The notes below the pieces were generated by a model that was given only the letters and a program-made list of their open reading frames with translations, had not been told where the DNA came from and did no database searches. Positions 28,447 through 42,244 of a stretch of 64,000 nt of DNA are shown piece after piece (position 1 is the stretch's first letter; each line of letters opens with the position of its first letter). This DNA is from the human T2T-CHM13v2.0 reference genome, Homo sapiens: NCBI RefSeq assembly GCF_009914755.1, contig NC_060935.1; one strand, 5' to 3'. The translations under genes and the position numbers were made by a program.

Positions 28447-31400
28447 CAGTGTTCTTTCAAGCCCTAATATTTGTGAAGTGTCTAATATGTTATTTATATA
28501 TCTAAGAACTCTCCTCTCTCCTTTGTAAGGAAAACTGCTTTTCTTAAGTGCCATTTCTCTTTCACTCCTTCAAGGAAATCTGTTCACTTTTCCTTATCTT
28601 CTCAGTAAATGATATCTAAGTATTTAGTGCATACTTAATTCTTTTAAGCTTTATTGACAGTTACGTCAGTTTTGAGTCTAAGCCCATTAGGTAATCAGGC
28701 CTCTGAGAAGCTCATATTTTTTCAATGAGTATACCTAATAACAACTTCTAAACAACTACAGATTCTCAAATGTTTTGGGCACAACAACAAAAAATGATAA
28801 ATTGGACCCTCACTGATGCTTTTAAAAGTAAATAAGCAAATCATAAGAAATCAGGGATATGGGAGATAAAAACAATGATTCTCACTGTCCAAGGATATAT
28901 AAGTGGGTAGGGGAAAGCCTTCAAACAAGGAGTTTACTCCTTTGACCTTTGATAAAAGGATAAGCTTTGTCAGACGGGCCCAAAGAGGAGCTTGCTGATA
29001 AGAGTTGTCACAACCACTCCACCTCTCAGAATTCCTCTGCCTTCGCCACTTGGCTGTGGAGTGAAATATGTCTTCATAGCTCCTATTACCCTTGATTTTT
29101 CTTAACTGGGCCTTTCTCATTTCATGAATTTTACTACTAATCACTTGGAGAAAATAGATAATAAGTAATCAACTTGGGATTTTAATAGAAATTTCAAAAT
29201 GTTCACTATCACAAGTCCATTTGGTTTATATTCTGGAGTCTTCTTGAGATGTTTCTGAGTTTTCTCCTTTGATGTTCTACCCTCTGTTATTTGTTTGTTC
29301 TCAGAGGGGGTTTCACTAGTCTCTCACTCTTCCACAAATTGTTTGTTAGCAGAAGAAATAGGAATCCTTTTCTCCATGTTATCTCCCTTTCCATAGTGGA
29401 GATTTAATAAAAATAAAATAATCCATTTTCCTTTCTTGAAAGTGGCAATTAATATTTTTAACTCCAGATCGAATGATGCTCAGATCACTAGCTTTTTTAA
29501 GACATACTTTAGTTTGTCAATTTTTCCAATTGGAATAGAGGATTAGAAGAGTAGAAAAGGAAAAAAACTAAGAAATATTATGTAAATAAAAATTTTGGCT
29601 GGAGAAGGAAATAAATGGTAAGTACATGGGAGGATATCTAACTACTATTTTGGGGCAAAACGCAAAGAAAATAGTCTGTTTTTTAGCATTTGATCGATCT
29701 TTTCTTGGGCTCCTTTTTCCAGCAGTCCAGATCATTTGTTGTGATTAAGATGTCAGGTTGTCAGCTTCAGTTGAATTTGCTCTCTGAAGAATGTTTTACA
29801 TTATCTTCTTTGTTCATTAGGCTAGACTTTAACACATCATGCTTTTTCTTATCTAAATTGCCAATGATATTAGTGTTATTCTTGCATAAATTATTTGTGT
29901 ATTGGTGTTCTGTATATTTCTATAATTGTAAACCATAAATACTCTTAGTCATGCATAGAATATTTGCTGTTCTTTGGAAAGAAGCATTTGAGTTCATAGA
30001 TAATTCATAGAGAATTTTGCTTCTTTTAGATGGCATCTCTGTGTTCACATATTTTTTACTTTCTTTGCTTTCTTGTCTTATCTACAGATATTACCTCTGA
30101 TTTTTCTTACATTTAGTATGGGCCATAGGTACTTAGCCCCATCATATGTATTGGTCCCCTGCCTCTAATCCCTCCAACAACAACAACAACAACAAAATCC
30201 AATCTGCGTAACACCTCCATATAATTCTTTCTATGCACCATTTTTTCACACAATTCCACTCTTCAAAGGGCAATAGTCTTCCACTGCATATATGTTACAT
30301 ACAGAATAAATTCAAATACTTTGGGCTGATACCCATAGATTTTTGCTATTTTGTTCTTGCTGCCCACTTTTCTACTATTGTTTTAGTCTATAAGCACCAA
30401 ACTAAGCACTAATTTTTCTCATTTTCTGAAGCAGAGGTGGAAACAAACCTTGCCTGTTCATATGCAGATTATCATGTAGGTAATTACATGAAGATTATCA
30501 TGTAGATTATTACATAAAGAATAATTCCTCTGGATTCCTACCAAACCATGTCAATTACTGGGGAGGCTACAAGTGTTAGAGTTTGTGTCTGAAGGGCCTT
30601 ATGCACAATAGGAATGATATCCTTTTGTCTGGGGGAAAGACTTGTCATTCAAAATAAAGGAGTTCTATATCTGTACAGATAGTAGATATATGATAAACTT
30701 TTCCACTGTAATTCTCAGAATCAAGTGAAATCTACCACAGTTGGGGAGAGCAGTAAGGCTATTAATGTCACATGAAAGTTGATGCTTAGGGCTTAGGGAT
30801 ATAGTACTGGGAATATTTCAGTGAGGATGTTGGAAACCAGAAAGTATTGTCTGCTATGACAAGAGTGTTGGGTATGTGAAAGTGTGCCTGTACTACATAT
30901 GCTCAGTTTGAACTTATTTAACTGTTATTACCTTGAATAATGACTCTTACTTTATAGCACTTGAATACACCTTTCTCCATCAGATACACGTTCTTGGTCT
31001 TTGACTGAAGATATAAAAATCATATAAATGATTAAAGATATAAAAAGAGATAAATAGATATAAATGGTTTAAGTGGCTTTCTTCCCTGAAAATTCCTTAA
31101 GGGAAGGACTCTGCTTTCTGAAGCTTTTCATCTCCCATTTTACTACATACATTTCCTGTACTTGCCTGTAGGTAATAGCTTGTTAGTATCTATTTTCTGA
31201 ATATATGTTTTGAAGAAACATAATATATTCTCCTCATTCCCAGGGGATACTTCTGAAAACCCTCTGGGATAGTTACTTATCAAATATTTATTATCAACTG
31301 TGTACAGGCACGATTCTCTTTTCTATGGACATAGCAGTGAACAGATGAAGTTTTTATTTGTAATGTAAAATGTCACGTAGTTTTCCACTCAAAGATCTTT

Positions 31401-31460
31401 TTCAATGTTTTTCTTTTTCCTGATTAACTTAGAAAATGGGCAAGTCATATAGGCTTACTG

Positions 31461-31484
31461 AGTGTATGTGTGTGTGTGTGTGTG
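31461..31484. repeat. (TG)n microsatellite
   Basis: gtgtatgtgtgtgtgtgtgtgtg. Confidence 0.85.
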
Positions 31485-31664
31485 CAGAATACACAATTGG
31501 AAGCACTTGGTGTCCTGGAAAGTGCCAAGTACAAAAGACTCAGGTTTGATTCCTACTGCTCCATTTACTAACTAAATAGAGGAAAGTTGCCTAAACCCTC
31601 ACTTTTTGTTTGTTTGCCTATTTTTATATGTATTTTAATGGGAGTACTTTTGTACAAATACCTC

Positions 31665-31900
31665 ATTAAGGCTAAGAACACTTATCATATTTAGACTGCA
31701 GGTTTCAAATGTTGATTCTGCCACTTCACACTTACTGGCTGTGTAACCTTAGGCAAGTTTTATATCCCTTTTGTCCTCCAGTTTTCTCATCTGTAAAATA
31801 CAAGTATAACATAGCTCATAGGGTTGTTCTGAGGTTCAAACGAGTTCCTGTATGTGAAGTACTTTGAATAATACCTGGCATACAGTGGTATATGAGCTAA
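31665..31900 (+). mobile_element. MIR
   Basis: gattctgccact...ctggctgtgtaaccttaggcaagtt...cagttttctcatctgtaaaat...ctcatagggttgttctgagg...cctggcatacagt. Confidence 0.8.
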
Positions 31901-34899
31901 CTCTCACTACTGCTACCATACTACATTTCTTGCAGTTTTGTTGGAGAAATAAATATGATATATATATATATCAAAATTCTCAGCATAGCACTGGATGCAT
32001 GACTGTCATCCAATAAATTGAAATTATTACTGAAGCAATCAGTCATTTTTTATTATTCTAAGAGCCTCAGAAGCATCACTCTAGTGAAGAATAGTAGAAC
32101 AATAATGTATGTTAAATGAAGAGAAATTTTGGAAGAAAGAGAGGCAGCATAGCCATCTTAAGAAAAGTAATAGCTATTTGTCATATGTAGAAGTTGTCTT
32201 AGTCACTATTGCTCCCCTGGCATACTATGATCTCCACTAAACAGAAGTATTACATTTTGATTTATTATAATTTAATATAATACACACATCCATTATAATC
32301 ATAGTTCTAAAATTAAAATCCAGGAACAGTTACTTCTTATCTAAACCACTTAGATTCAATTTAACCCTTGGGATCAAGCCCAGACTCCCCACCCTGATAT
32401 GCATAAGGCCTTTCACAGTGTGACCCACCTCCACCTCTCTGGGCTCACTTGTTGTTGATCCCGCACTGCTCTACATTGCATCCCACACCAGATCACTTTT
32501 ATTTTTTCAATTACATCAGTGCCCAGGGTCCCTGTCAGTCTACGCATTCTATGTGATACCTTTCCCATAATTTACTCATCCAATTTAAATACCACTTTCT
32601 CGTTTCCCATCTGGTTAGCTGCTTCTGCTGTAATCCCATAGGCTTTATACACATCTTTAAGAGCATCATTTATATTACCTTAACACTTTTTGTATGTGTT
32701 TATCACAACATGGAGAGAGATCAATGAGGATAGGGACTATGCTTCTACATCACTGGAGCTTGACATGTCATGATTCTTAACATGATAGAATATTTATTGA
32801 ATAAATAAATGGACAACTCAGTGAAGGGAGTAAGGTAAGTTTTGTTATCACCACTTCACAGGTAAGAGGGGTGAGGCTTTGAAGGCCCATCAGTAATTCC
32901 TACTGAAAGCCAAGTTAATAGCAGACCTCCCATTTACACCCAGCATTGTCTGGAGGTCTGTTAGGAGACATTTTCTAGATTCATCTTGACTACTGTGGCC
33001 AGTGTGGCCTGGCTCATTTTATTTGAGTGCAATTTCTGCCTAATGCAGTGTATCTCAATCCTGGATGCACATTGAATTATTCATAGCAGGGTGCCTGATA
33101 CTTAATGATATTAAATGTTTTTTGGAAAAGGAGAGAAAAAAACACCGAAACTGCCTTTCTTTCTTAAACTTTTAATTATTTAGGCCTTTTTGGTTCTTAT
33201 ACTAAGTTTCTCCAAGTTTCATCATTAGTTTAAGTATTTTAATCTGATTTTAACTGCCTTACTGATTCCCCAAGGGTTTGTTTCCCCTTTTTTCAACTAA
33301 GTTAAGAACTTCTAGACTATATACTTAAAATTGTAGTTAATTGAGATCGGCCACAGTTGAATTTCTTAGCTATGTAACAGGATTTTCATTTGAAGCTATT
33401 TATTCCTGACAATCTCTACTCTTAAAGTGTGGAGTTCTCTTAAAGGGGCTGTTTTTCAGTGAAAATTTCCAGATACTCCTCAAATGTGTTTCAACATTAG
33501 CCAGGAATCAGGAGGAAATAGAGCTCCTGGGATGCTATTATTTCAAACCCAGGTAGATGCTCCAAGTTTTTCCCAGTGGTCTCAGTAAAAGTAGGCTGTC
33601 TATCTACTACCGTGTTGCTCCCTTTGAGCTCCCAAACTCAGCTGTTGGTCCATTGAATTATACCGTAACTAGGCACGATTATGTCACTGCATGGCTTAAA
33701 ATCCTCCAATGGCTCCTCACAGCTTTTAAACTAATATTGACTAATTACCTTTCATGCAAACCCTACAGTGTCTGTGTTAAACCACATATACCTACAGATA
33801 TCCACATAATATCCTTCCTTTCAATCCATCTGATCTACTTGCAGGGTCCCAGAAGCGTAATTCTTTTCCTTCATGCTTGTGCTTTACTCCTACTAGAATG
33901 CTTTTTTTCCCTCTTATTACTTTGCCTAGATCTCTGCTATTCATTTTTTAAAACTTAAGTTCAAGTGTCACCAAAGGGGCACCTTGACCGACACCACTCA
34001 ACCCTCATCCAAGTGGATACTAACTCCTCTTTCTCTTTTTTCCCAAGGCATGAAGGGCCCTTCTCTGCTGGCATTCACACTGTACTGTGCTGAATTATTG
34101 ACCAGATTTTAGCTCTTTGTAAGACAAGCACCTTTCCTCATTTGGCTTTCTACTTCCAGCACTCGGTGCAATGCTTATTACATGCCAGGCACTGTCCTAA
34201 CTGATGGGGGTTAATGAATGGTACAATCTACCAAGATTCAACCCAAAGTCATCAACATTTCTTAGATCCTTTCTTCTCCAAGTTCTGATATCTAAACACT
34301 AAATTAGTGATTCATAAAATGTTTAAATAATTTGAATAATTTAAAAAATTTAATCTTAAATAATTTAATCTTGAACAATTTGAAAAAATTTTGGACTCTC
34401 TAGGGAAAAATATACAATTCCTATGTATTTTATATATGATTTATGAGACTTTATAAATATACTAATATGAATTCAGTCTCCTGGTTGAATTCATATTGTT
34501 TTTAACTGGCAGGCACTGTAATGGACACAGGACATATAATGACCAATAAGGCAATATCATTGCTTTCGGCGAATTTCCCATATAGGCAAAAAATTACACA
34601 TGATCAAATAACTGCAATGCAATATGACAAATGTGATAATCAAAGGAGGAATATGTCAACTCTTAAAAGTTTTCACAGATGTAGCCATTGAGCTAATCTT
34701 AAAGGGGCAAAAGATGTAGGAGAATATAAAAGTTTAAAGAACCCCTATGGAAGAAAAATCCCAAAACAAAGTATTTATAATTTTAATAACAATAATAATA
34801 ACATCTATACTTACTCTATGCTACACGTTACTCTAATTGATTTTACATACATTAATTCAGTTAATGCTAAAAACAATCCCTTGTAGTAAGTACTATTAC

Positions 34900-37728
34900 C
34901 TATTGGTTTCTTAGGGCTTCCATAATACAGTGCAAGCATAACTCTAAGATATGGAAGGTTTGGCTTCGGACCACCACAATAAAACAAACATTCTAATAAA
35001 GTTAGTCACATTAATATTTTGATTTCACAGTGCATATAAAAAGTTATATTTACACTATATTGTAGTATATTTATGGTGCAGTAACATTATGCCTAAGAAT
35101 AAAATGTACATACCTTATGTTAAAAATACTTTATGCTGAAAAATGCTAAGAATATTCTGAACCTTCAGCAAGTTGTGATCTTTTTTCTGGTAGGTCAGAC
35201 CTCTGGTAGGTCTAGCAGGTTGATGGTTGCTGACTGATCAGGGTGATGGCTGCTGAAGTTTGGAGTGGATGCAACAATTTCTTAAAACAAGAAAAAAATA
35301 GAGTTTGCTACATTGATTGACTCTTCCTTTCAAAAAATATATTCATGTAGCATGTGATGCTGTTTGATAGCATTTTGCCTACAGTAGAACTTCTTGCAAA
35401 TATGGAGTCAATCCTCTCAAACCCTACTGGTACTTTATTAGATAAGTTTATAGAATATTCTAAGTACTTTGTTGTCAGTTCAACAGTGTTGACAGCATCT
35501 TCACCAGAAATAAGTTTCATCTCAAGAAACTATTTTCTTTGCTCATCCATAAGATGCAACCCCTCATTCGTTCAAATTTTATTATGGGATTGAATAATTT
35601 GTTTCCATCTTCAGGGTCTACTTGTACTCCAGTTCTGGTGCAATTTCCCCCACATCTGCAGTAACTTTCTCCACTGAAGTCTTGAACCCCCTCAAAGTCA
35701 TCCATGTGGTTTGGATTCACCTTCTTCCACACTCTATGAATGTTGATATTTTGGCCACCTCCCATGAAAATTAATGTTCTTAATTGTATCTAAATAGTTA
35801 ATCCCTTCCAAAAGGTTTTCTATTCATTTTGCTCAAATTCATCAGAGGAATCACTGTATGTCGGCTATACCCTTATAGCATGTATTTCTTAAATAATAAC
35901 AATTGAAAGTCAAAATTACTCCTTAATCCATGGGCTGCTGAATGGATGTTGTGTAGGCAGGAATGAAAGCAATATTCATCTCCTTGTGTATCTCCATCAG
36001 AGCTCTTGGGTGACCTTGTCAATGTGCAGTAATATTTTGAATGAAATCTTTTTTTTTTTTTGAAGGAGTGGGTCTCAACAGTGGACTTGAAATATTCAGT
36101 AAATCATGGTATAAACAGATGTGCTGTCACCTAAACATTGTTCTATTTACAGAGCACAGGCAGGGTAGATTTAGTGTTTTTGATGGCCTTTGGACTTTTG
36201 GAATGGCTTCAACTGAATAAGCACTGGCTTCAACTTAAACTAACCAGCTGCATTAGCTCCTAACAAGAGAGTTAGCCCATCCTTTGAAGCTTTAAAGCCA
36301 GGCATTGAGTTCTTTCTAGCTAAGAAAGTCCTAGATGGCATCTTCCAATAGAAGGCAATTTGTCTACCTTGAAATTTGTTTGTTTAGTGTAATGGCTTTC
36401 ATCTCTTATCTTAACAAGATCTTCTGGTTAATTTTCTGCAGCTTTTCCATCAGAACTTATTGCTTCACCTGGCACTTTTATTTTATGAAGATGGGCTCTT
36501 TTCTTAAAACTCTTGAACAACTGCCAGATTCAAACTTTCCTTCTTCAACTTCCTCACTGCTCTCAGGACTCATAAAATTGAAGAGAGCTGGGGCCTTGCT
36601 CTGGATTAGGCTTTAGCTTAAGGGAAGTTTGTAGCTGGTTTGATCTTCTATCCAAACCACTAAAACTTTCTTCATATCGGCAATAAGGCTGTTTCACTTT
36701 CTTATCATTTATGTGTTCACTGGAGTAGCACTTTTAATTTCCTTCAAGAATTTTTCTGTTGCATTTACACCTTGACTGTATTTCACATAAAAGGCCTAGC
36801 TATGTTGGCTTTGGACATGCTTTCCTCATTATTATTCTTACCTCTAATATTTATCTAATATTATTCCTACCTCTAGGTAATTATTCCTACCTCTTGATTT
36901 AAAGTGACTCTTCCTTTCAATTGAACATTTATAGGCCATTGTAGGGTTATTAATTGACCTAATTTCAATATTGCTATGTGTCAGAGAATAGGGAGGCCTG
37001 AAGAGAGGGAGGAGGACTGTTGGTGATGGGGGCGTGAGGGAAGGAGGATGGCTGGCAGGTGGAGCAGTCAGAACATACACAAAACTTCACCATCTTATAT
37101 GGATGTGGTTTGTGGCAACCCAAAACAATTACAAGAGTGACATCAAAAATCACTGATCACAGATCATAATAAGAGATTTAGTAATATTGAAAAAGTTTGA
37201 AATATTGTGAGAATTATCAGACTGTGAGAGAGACATGACACGAACACATGCTGTTGGAAAAATGTCACTGACAGACTTCTGCAATTGGGGCTGCCACAAA
37301 CCTTCAATTCGTAAACAATGTAATATCCACATAAAGCAATAAATTGAATTGCAATAAAATGTGGTATACCTGTTCCACAGACTGGGTAGCTTAAACAACA
37401 TAATTTTTTTTTCTCACAATTCTGGAAAATTAAAGTCTGAGATCAAAGTGTCACCAGGGTTGGTTTCTTTTAAGGCTTCTTCCCTTGACTTGTAAATGGC
37501 CATCTTTTTCCTATGTCTTCACATAGTCTCCTCTCCATCCCTGCCCATGCTCAAATTTCCTCTTCTTCTAAGGACTTCCTTCATATTGGATTCTGGCCTA
37601 CTAATGTCTTCATTTCAACTTAATTATCTCTTTAAAGATCTTATCTCCAAATAAAGTAACATTCTGAAGTATTAAGAGTTAGGACTTAAAAATTTGAATT
37701 TTACAGAGACACAGTTTAGCTCATAATA
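34900..37728 (-). mobile_element. MLT1 LTR split by Tigger1 (34900-34932 and 37373-37728)
   Basis: tattggtttcttagggcttccataatacag | ccacagactgggtagcttaaacaaca...gttaggactt...gacacagtttagctcataata is contiguous once Tigger1 is removed. Confidence 0.85.
34933..37372 (-). mobile_element. Full-length Tigger1 (TcMar/pogo DNA transposon), decayed transposase
   Basis: TIRs caagcataactc... and ...gtggtatacctg; ~2.44 kb; minus-strand ORF fragments [21 protein letters not shown]...[22 protein letters not shown] match the Tigger1/TIGD1 C-terminus. Confidence 0.93.
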
Positions 37729-37972
37729 TGTTATAATCCCCACTTCACTGAAAAGAAGAGTGGAGCACATGAAGTTAAGTAGCTTGCCCCAGTTTGCAGA
37801 ATTGTTAAGTATCACAATCATCTAGCTCCAGAATCTGTGAGGCTAACCTTTAGATTGTATGATTCTCTTTTTATATTTTAAAATAAGAAATAAAATTCAT
37901 AGACCTATTGAATTAATTTTAGGACAACTCTTTTATTTGTGGTACACCATAATTCACAAATAGCAAAAATTT

Positions 37973-38052
37973 GCCTATGTCTATACCATAGGCATACCAA
38001 TTTCTTGAAAGAAAAGCAGGGTCTAGTCTGGTTAGTACTTGGATGAGAGACC
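37973..38052 (+). pseudogene. 5S rRNA retropseudogene, 3'-truncated and tailless
   Basis: gcctatgtctatacca...aagcagggtctagtctggttagtacttggatgagagacc matches 5S nt ~1-92 (AAGCAGGGTCGGGCCTGGTTAGTACTTGGATGGGAGACC) with an internal deletion. Flanked by a 15-bp TSD, aaatagcaaaaattt (37958-37972) and aaatagcaaatactt (38053-38067). Confidence 0.85.
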
Positions 38053-39219
38053 AAATAGCAAATACTTAAAATGTCTTTTCTAAGGAAATTAAATTGGCTC
38101 CTATATTAAGCTGTAGAACTAATGGCTTCTGCTCTGTGCAAGTATAATGGCCACAACTAACCTCACTGCATGTTAAGTACTGCCCTTAGAGTACCTGATC
38201 TCATTTATGTCTTACAGCTCTTTAAAGTTTGTTATTATCCACATTTTACAGATGAATAAACTGAGACTTCCAGAGATTATCTTCTCTCTCCTCACAAAAA
38301 TCAATAACAGGAATTTGAAACAAGTTTTCTTATGAGGAGGTTTTGTATTTCTGACTTCTCTTCTTGCTGCCACATCCCAAGGCCAAAGTTAGGATGCCTT
38401 GTATAAGCCTTTGTGCTTGTGGAAATTGGACTTTCCCCTCTTTTGTGTTCATCTGGCAGGTTCTTCCTACGTTCATAACAAGATATATTGTACGGCTTTC
38501 CCCAATTCCCCTCACTTTCACTGCCTGTTGTCAATGTGAGCTGTTTAGGTCCCTTTCAGCACTCTTAAAGTCACCTCCCAAGTACTCTGTGGCCCTCCTC
38601 AGGAGGGTATTCTAAGTTAGTCATCATAGATACATCTAAGTCCAGATCCAGAATCTCATGTTCATGGCATCCTCTTTGACCTACTTAGCTGTTGCCGCCT
38701 CATACCCTACTAAGCCAGTGATGGTCTTTGGCTCCTCATAGCCTGTGAATAAAAAAGGGTTTAAATTCTACAGGGATAAATCATATGTCTTTAGACTACT
38801 GTTATTAGTGTTTCACAACTGTGCCGTCACCCTTTCTTACATACTCTGAGAGATTTTGTAATCAAATTCTGTCACGTAAGGTGAAATCAGAAGATGCCTA
38901 GTTCTCACTTCTGTGTATAGCTTTGAAAGGCCTGCTAATGCTTGGAACAAAACATGAAAGCCTTGTCCACCTTTCTGTTTTAATTCCTAATTACTAATTT
39001 CTTGCATGTTAGTGGAAAAGCATTAAACTTGGAACAGAGCACCTTGATTCTGGTCCTAGCTCTGCCACCTGGGTGTTATAATAAAAGTCACAGGAATCTA
39101 AAATGGAACCCCAGATCTTCTACTGCTTTCTAGTTGAGTTACTATTGGCAAATTCTTAAATTCTTTGACTCAATTTTTTCTTCTGTAAAATGGAATCAAT
39201 AAAATATTAAGCAAGATAT

Positions 39220-39619
39220 TGTTCAAAGGAAAACTTTAGCCAAATTAAATTTAAAAGAGTTTAATTGAGCAAAGAACAATTTATGAACCAGGTAGCTTCC
39301 TCAGCTAGAGTAGGCTCAGATTCTCTAGCACAGCCACATGGTGGAAGAAGATTAATGTACAGAAAAAGAAAAATAACGTTAAAAAAATGGAAGTGAGGTA
39401 CAGAAACAGTCAGATTGGTTATAGCTTGGTGTTTGACTTATTTGAACATGGTTTGAACAGCTGGCCACCTTTGATTAGACAAAACTCGGTGATTGGCACA
39501 AGAATAGACTATAGTCTGTTTACAACTCCATTTAGGTTATAGTTCACAATGTACAGAGAAACCTTCAGGCTGAACTTAAAATATGTAGGAGACAACTTTC
39601 AGCTAAAGTTGATTTAACA
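39220..39619 (-). mobile_element. ERV1 solo LTR (MER57-like)
   Basis: TG...CA termini (tgttcaaagg...gatttaaca), 400 bp, 4-bp TSD atat on both sides, CCAAT boxes (gattgg); sits in or next to a MIR. Confidence 0.8.
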
Positions 39620-41059
39620 ATATATTAAGAGTTTATTTTATAGACATTGCTTTATTGCTAACTTTGTCATCTGGGTTAGATTATAAACTCAAGATTATTG
39701 GGTAGATAGTTGGCACCTAATCTGTGTGCAAGGCACTGAGAAACAAAAGATAAAAAGCTGTTGTTCTTCAGCTGGTTGGCAGCATTGATATTCCTCCAAT
39801 GTACTTGTGCCTGCTTTGAAAACAACAATGCCTCTGCCTCTATTTGGATTTGTTCCCTCACAGTGAAAGAAAAAAGAGTGATTGTGATCCTGAATTTCTG
39901 AAATAAGGAGCATGTTTAACTGACAATCTAGCATCTGTTTTCTGTACCTTTCCCACCCAGTTGACAAATTCTCCTCCATCTGCATCGCTTAAAACTTAGT
40001 CAGAAAGTAACAGAAACCTCCTCATGGAGAGAAAGGAAGGAAAGAACAGAAACCTAGATAGGGAACACTAAAGTGTCAGAGAAAGAAGCAGAAGAACTGG
40101 GTTCTCATCTTAACTCAGTCCCTTACCAACTTTGTTCACTACTTTCTCTCTCTCTGCCTTTTTTTTTAAAGTATGATTTCACATTATCTCCTTCGTTGTA
40201 TTTCTTATGCTAATACATATCCTTTCCTGATCTTGTAATGTATTCATTGCTGCTTCTTGAGTATAAAGTGTGTGAGTCCTGAGTCCTCTGAGAAAAGGAA
40301 CACTTAAGGTGTTTAATGCTAATTAATGCAGGTGTCTGTTGGATAAACAGCTTACATTTCAAGATGAAGGTCAAGCAGAGCGTCTTCCAAGAGAGAAAAT
40401 CTACACATCAGACTTTGGTAGAAGCATATGCATACTTGCAACTGCAGAAACACCCCTGTCATCCTGTGTAAACACACAGAGAACAGGGTACTTACTATTA
40501 TTAGTAACAGAGTGGTAGCCAAGACCCCTTGATTCCAATGTTGGTTGTACCGTTAACTGTGACCTTTGGATTCAAATTTTATTTTGCCTCTGTAAAATGA
40601 GGGGTTTGGAAGGGAAGAAAACAAATTACTGCTTTTTCAGAACTAAGCCAATCATTTATATTGTCTCATTTTATCCTTAACTATTGTTACTTGACATTTC
40701 ACTTCCTTATTTTATTTTTGTTCTCATAAATACATTAAAATAGATAGTACCATCCCTTTTCTATAAATGAGCACACTGAGGCTTAGAGAGTTTTATTGGA
40801 TTAAGTTTAAATGGAAATGTTTATTATCATTTAAAAATTACAAGTTTGTTTTAACAAGTAACTGCTTCAAAACAAGTACTACATGAAAAAAATAAATAAT
40901 AATAAAAGAAAAAAAATTTAGGAATGCACTGGCCTTGCTATTATACAACTGCAATTCAATAAATTTTGAGTGACTAGAAATTCGTGTGGCTGGAGGCATC
41001 GCAAGCTGCAGTTCTCAAAGAGAGTGTGATTGTCACGTCATCTGTCCTGGCCTTTCAGA

Positions 41060-42120
41060 AAGATGATATCCAAGAAAAATAACTCCAGATTCTCTTGTAT
41101 TTTCATTATCTCATTATTCCCATGGCTTCAGTTATCAGCTAGAGGTTGGTGAGCTGACTTCTCAATTTGTGTTTCCAAAGTTAATCTTACTCTGAAATCC
41201 AGACCCAGATATCTAGCGAATGACCTGACATCCCCACTGAAATGTCTCAAAAACATCTTACAGCACATCTCATCTAGAATCATGACATCAGCATCCTCCC
41301 CTAATATTCCACTTCTTCAGGGGTTTCTGCATCTGGTAATACAAACACTTTGCTCAGTAGCATAAGCCAGAAAAGTAGGCATTTTCTGTGGTACCTGGCC
41401 CCTCAGTTGTACTGCTTGGATTTCCAGACATCATCTATTTTCCTGGACATCATTTTCTCACTGATTTCTTTATCCCCCTGATGCGTGCATATCCACCAAC
41501 TCCTACTCTTCCTCAGTCCCTTCTCTGCAACGAAATCTGTGTGGTCTTTTACAAATGATAATCTGTTCGTGTTATCATTCACCTTCCCAGATACAAACAG
41601 TGACTTTCTGTTAGGAAAAAAACACAAATCTCCCTAACATGGCCTCTGCTACCCTTCATGATTTGGCCTCAGTTCACCTTCCTAGCCTCATCTGGAGCTA
41701 TTTGCTCCTTGATCCCTATAGACATATTGGTCAATTTTTAATTCCTTGAATTTGTCGCATACTTCCAATCAAAGATTCTTTCCAAATTCCATTCTGTCCT
41801 TCAGAAATATTCTTCTACCATTTCTCTAAACAGTCATTCTTCAACTCTTGAAGAATGCACCATCAAAGACTTTTCCTCAGGCCACAGACCAGATGAGGCT
41901 TCCCCATTAAATCCTGTTACCATGTTACATTCTTCCATATTTGCCAGTCCATAACTATAGGTTGATTTCTGAAATTGCTAGTTACTGTCTATCTCCACCA
42001 CTAGACTCCAAATACTATAGGGCAGAAAACTTCACCAATGCTGGGCCCAGAGCCAGTTTATTATAGATATTTAGAATATATTCATTCATTTTTTAAATAT
42101 ATGAATGAATAAATAAATAA
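41060..42120 (+). mobile_element. LINE-2 3' region
   Basis: cccatggcttcagttatcagct...gacatccccactgaaatgtctc...ctaacatggcct...gtctatctccaccactagact...gaatgaataaataa. Confidence 0.75.
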
Positions 42121-42244
42121 AAAGGTCTTCTATTACATATGTGTATGTAAGTTTTTTTTGTGTGTGCTCATGGTGGTGGTAGATGTGTTACAACGAATCA
42201 GTTCCCAAATATCCAACTATCTTAAGGCTTCCTTGTTTGTTCTT

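Noticed and set aside
30467-30519. ~26-bp imperfect tandem duplication (gattatcatgtag...)
   Set aside because: Two-copy local duplication with no spacer structure or functional signal.
33557-33958. 133-aa ORF
   Set aside because: No recognisable homology or exon structure; overlaps L2-like sequence.
35308-35765. TIGD1-like domesticated transposase gene
   Set aside because: Short frameshifted fragments of an ordinary decayed Tigger1.
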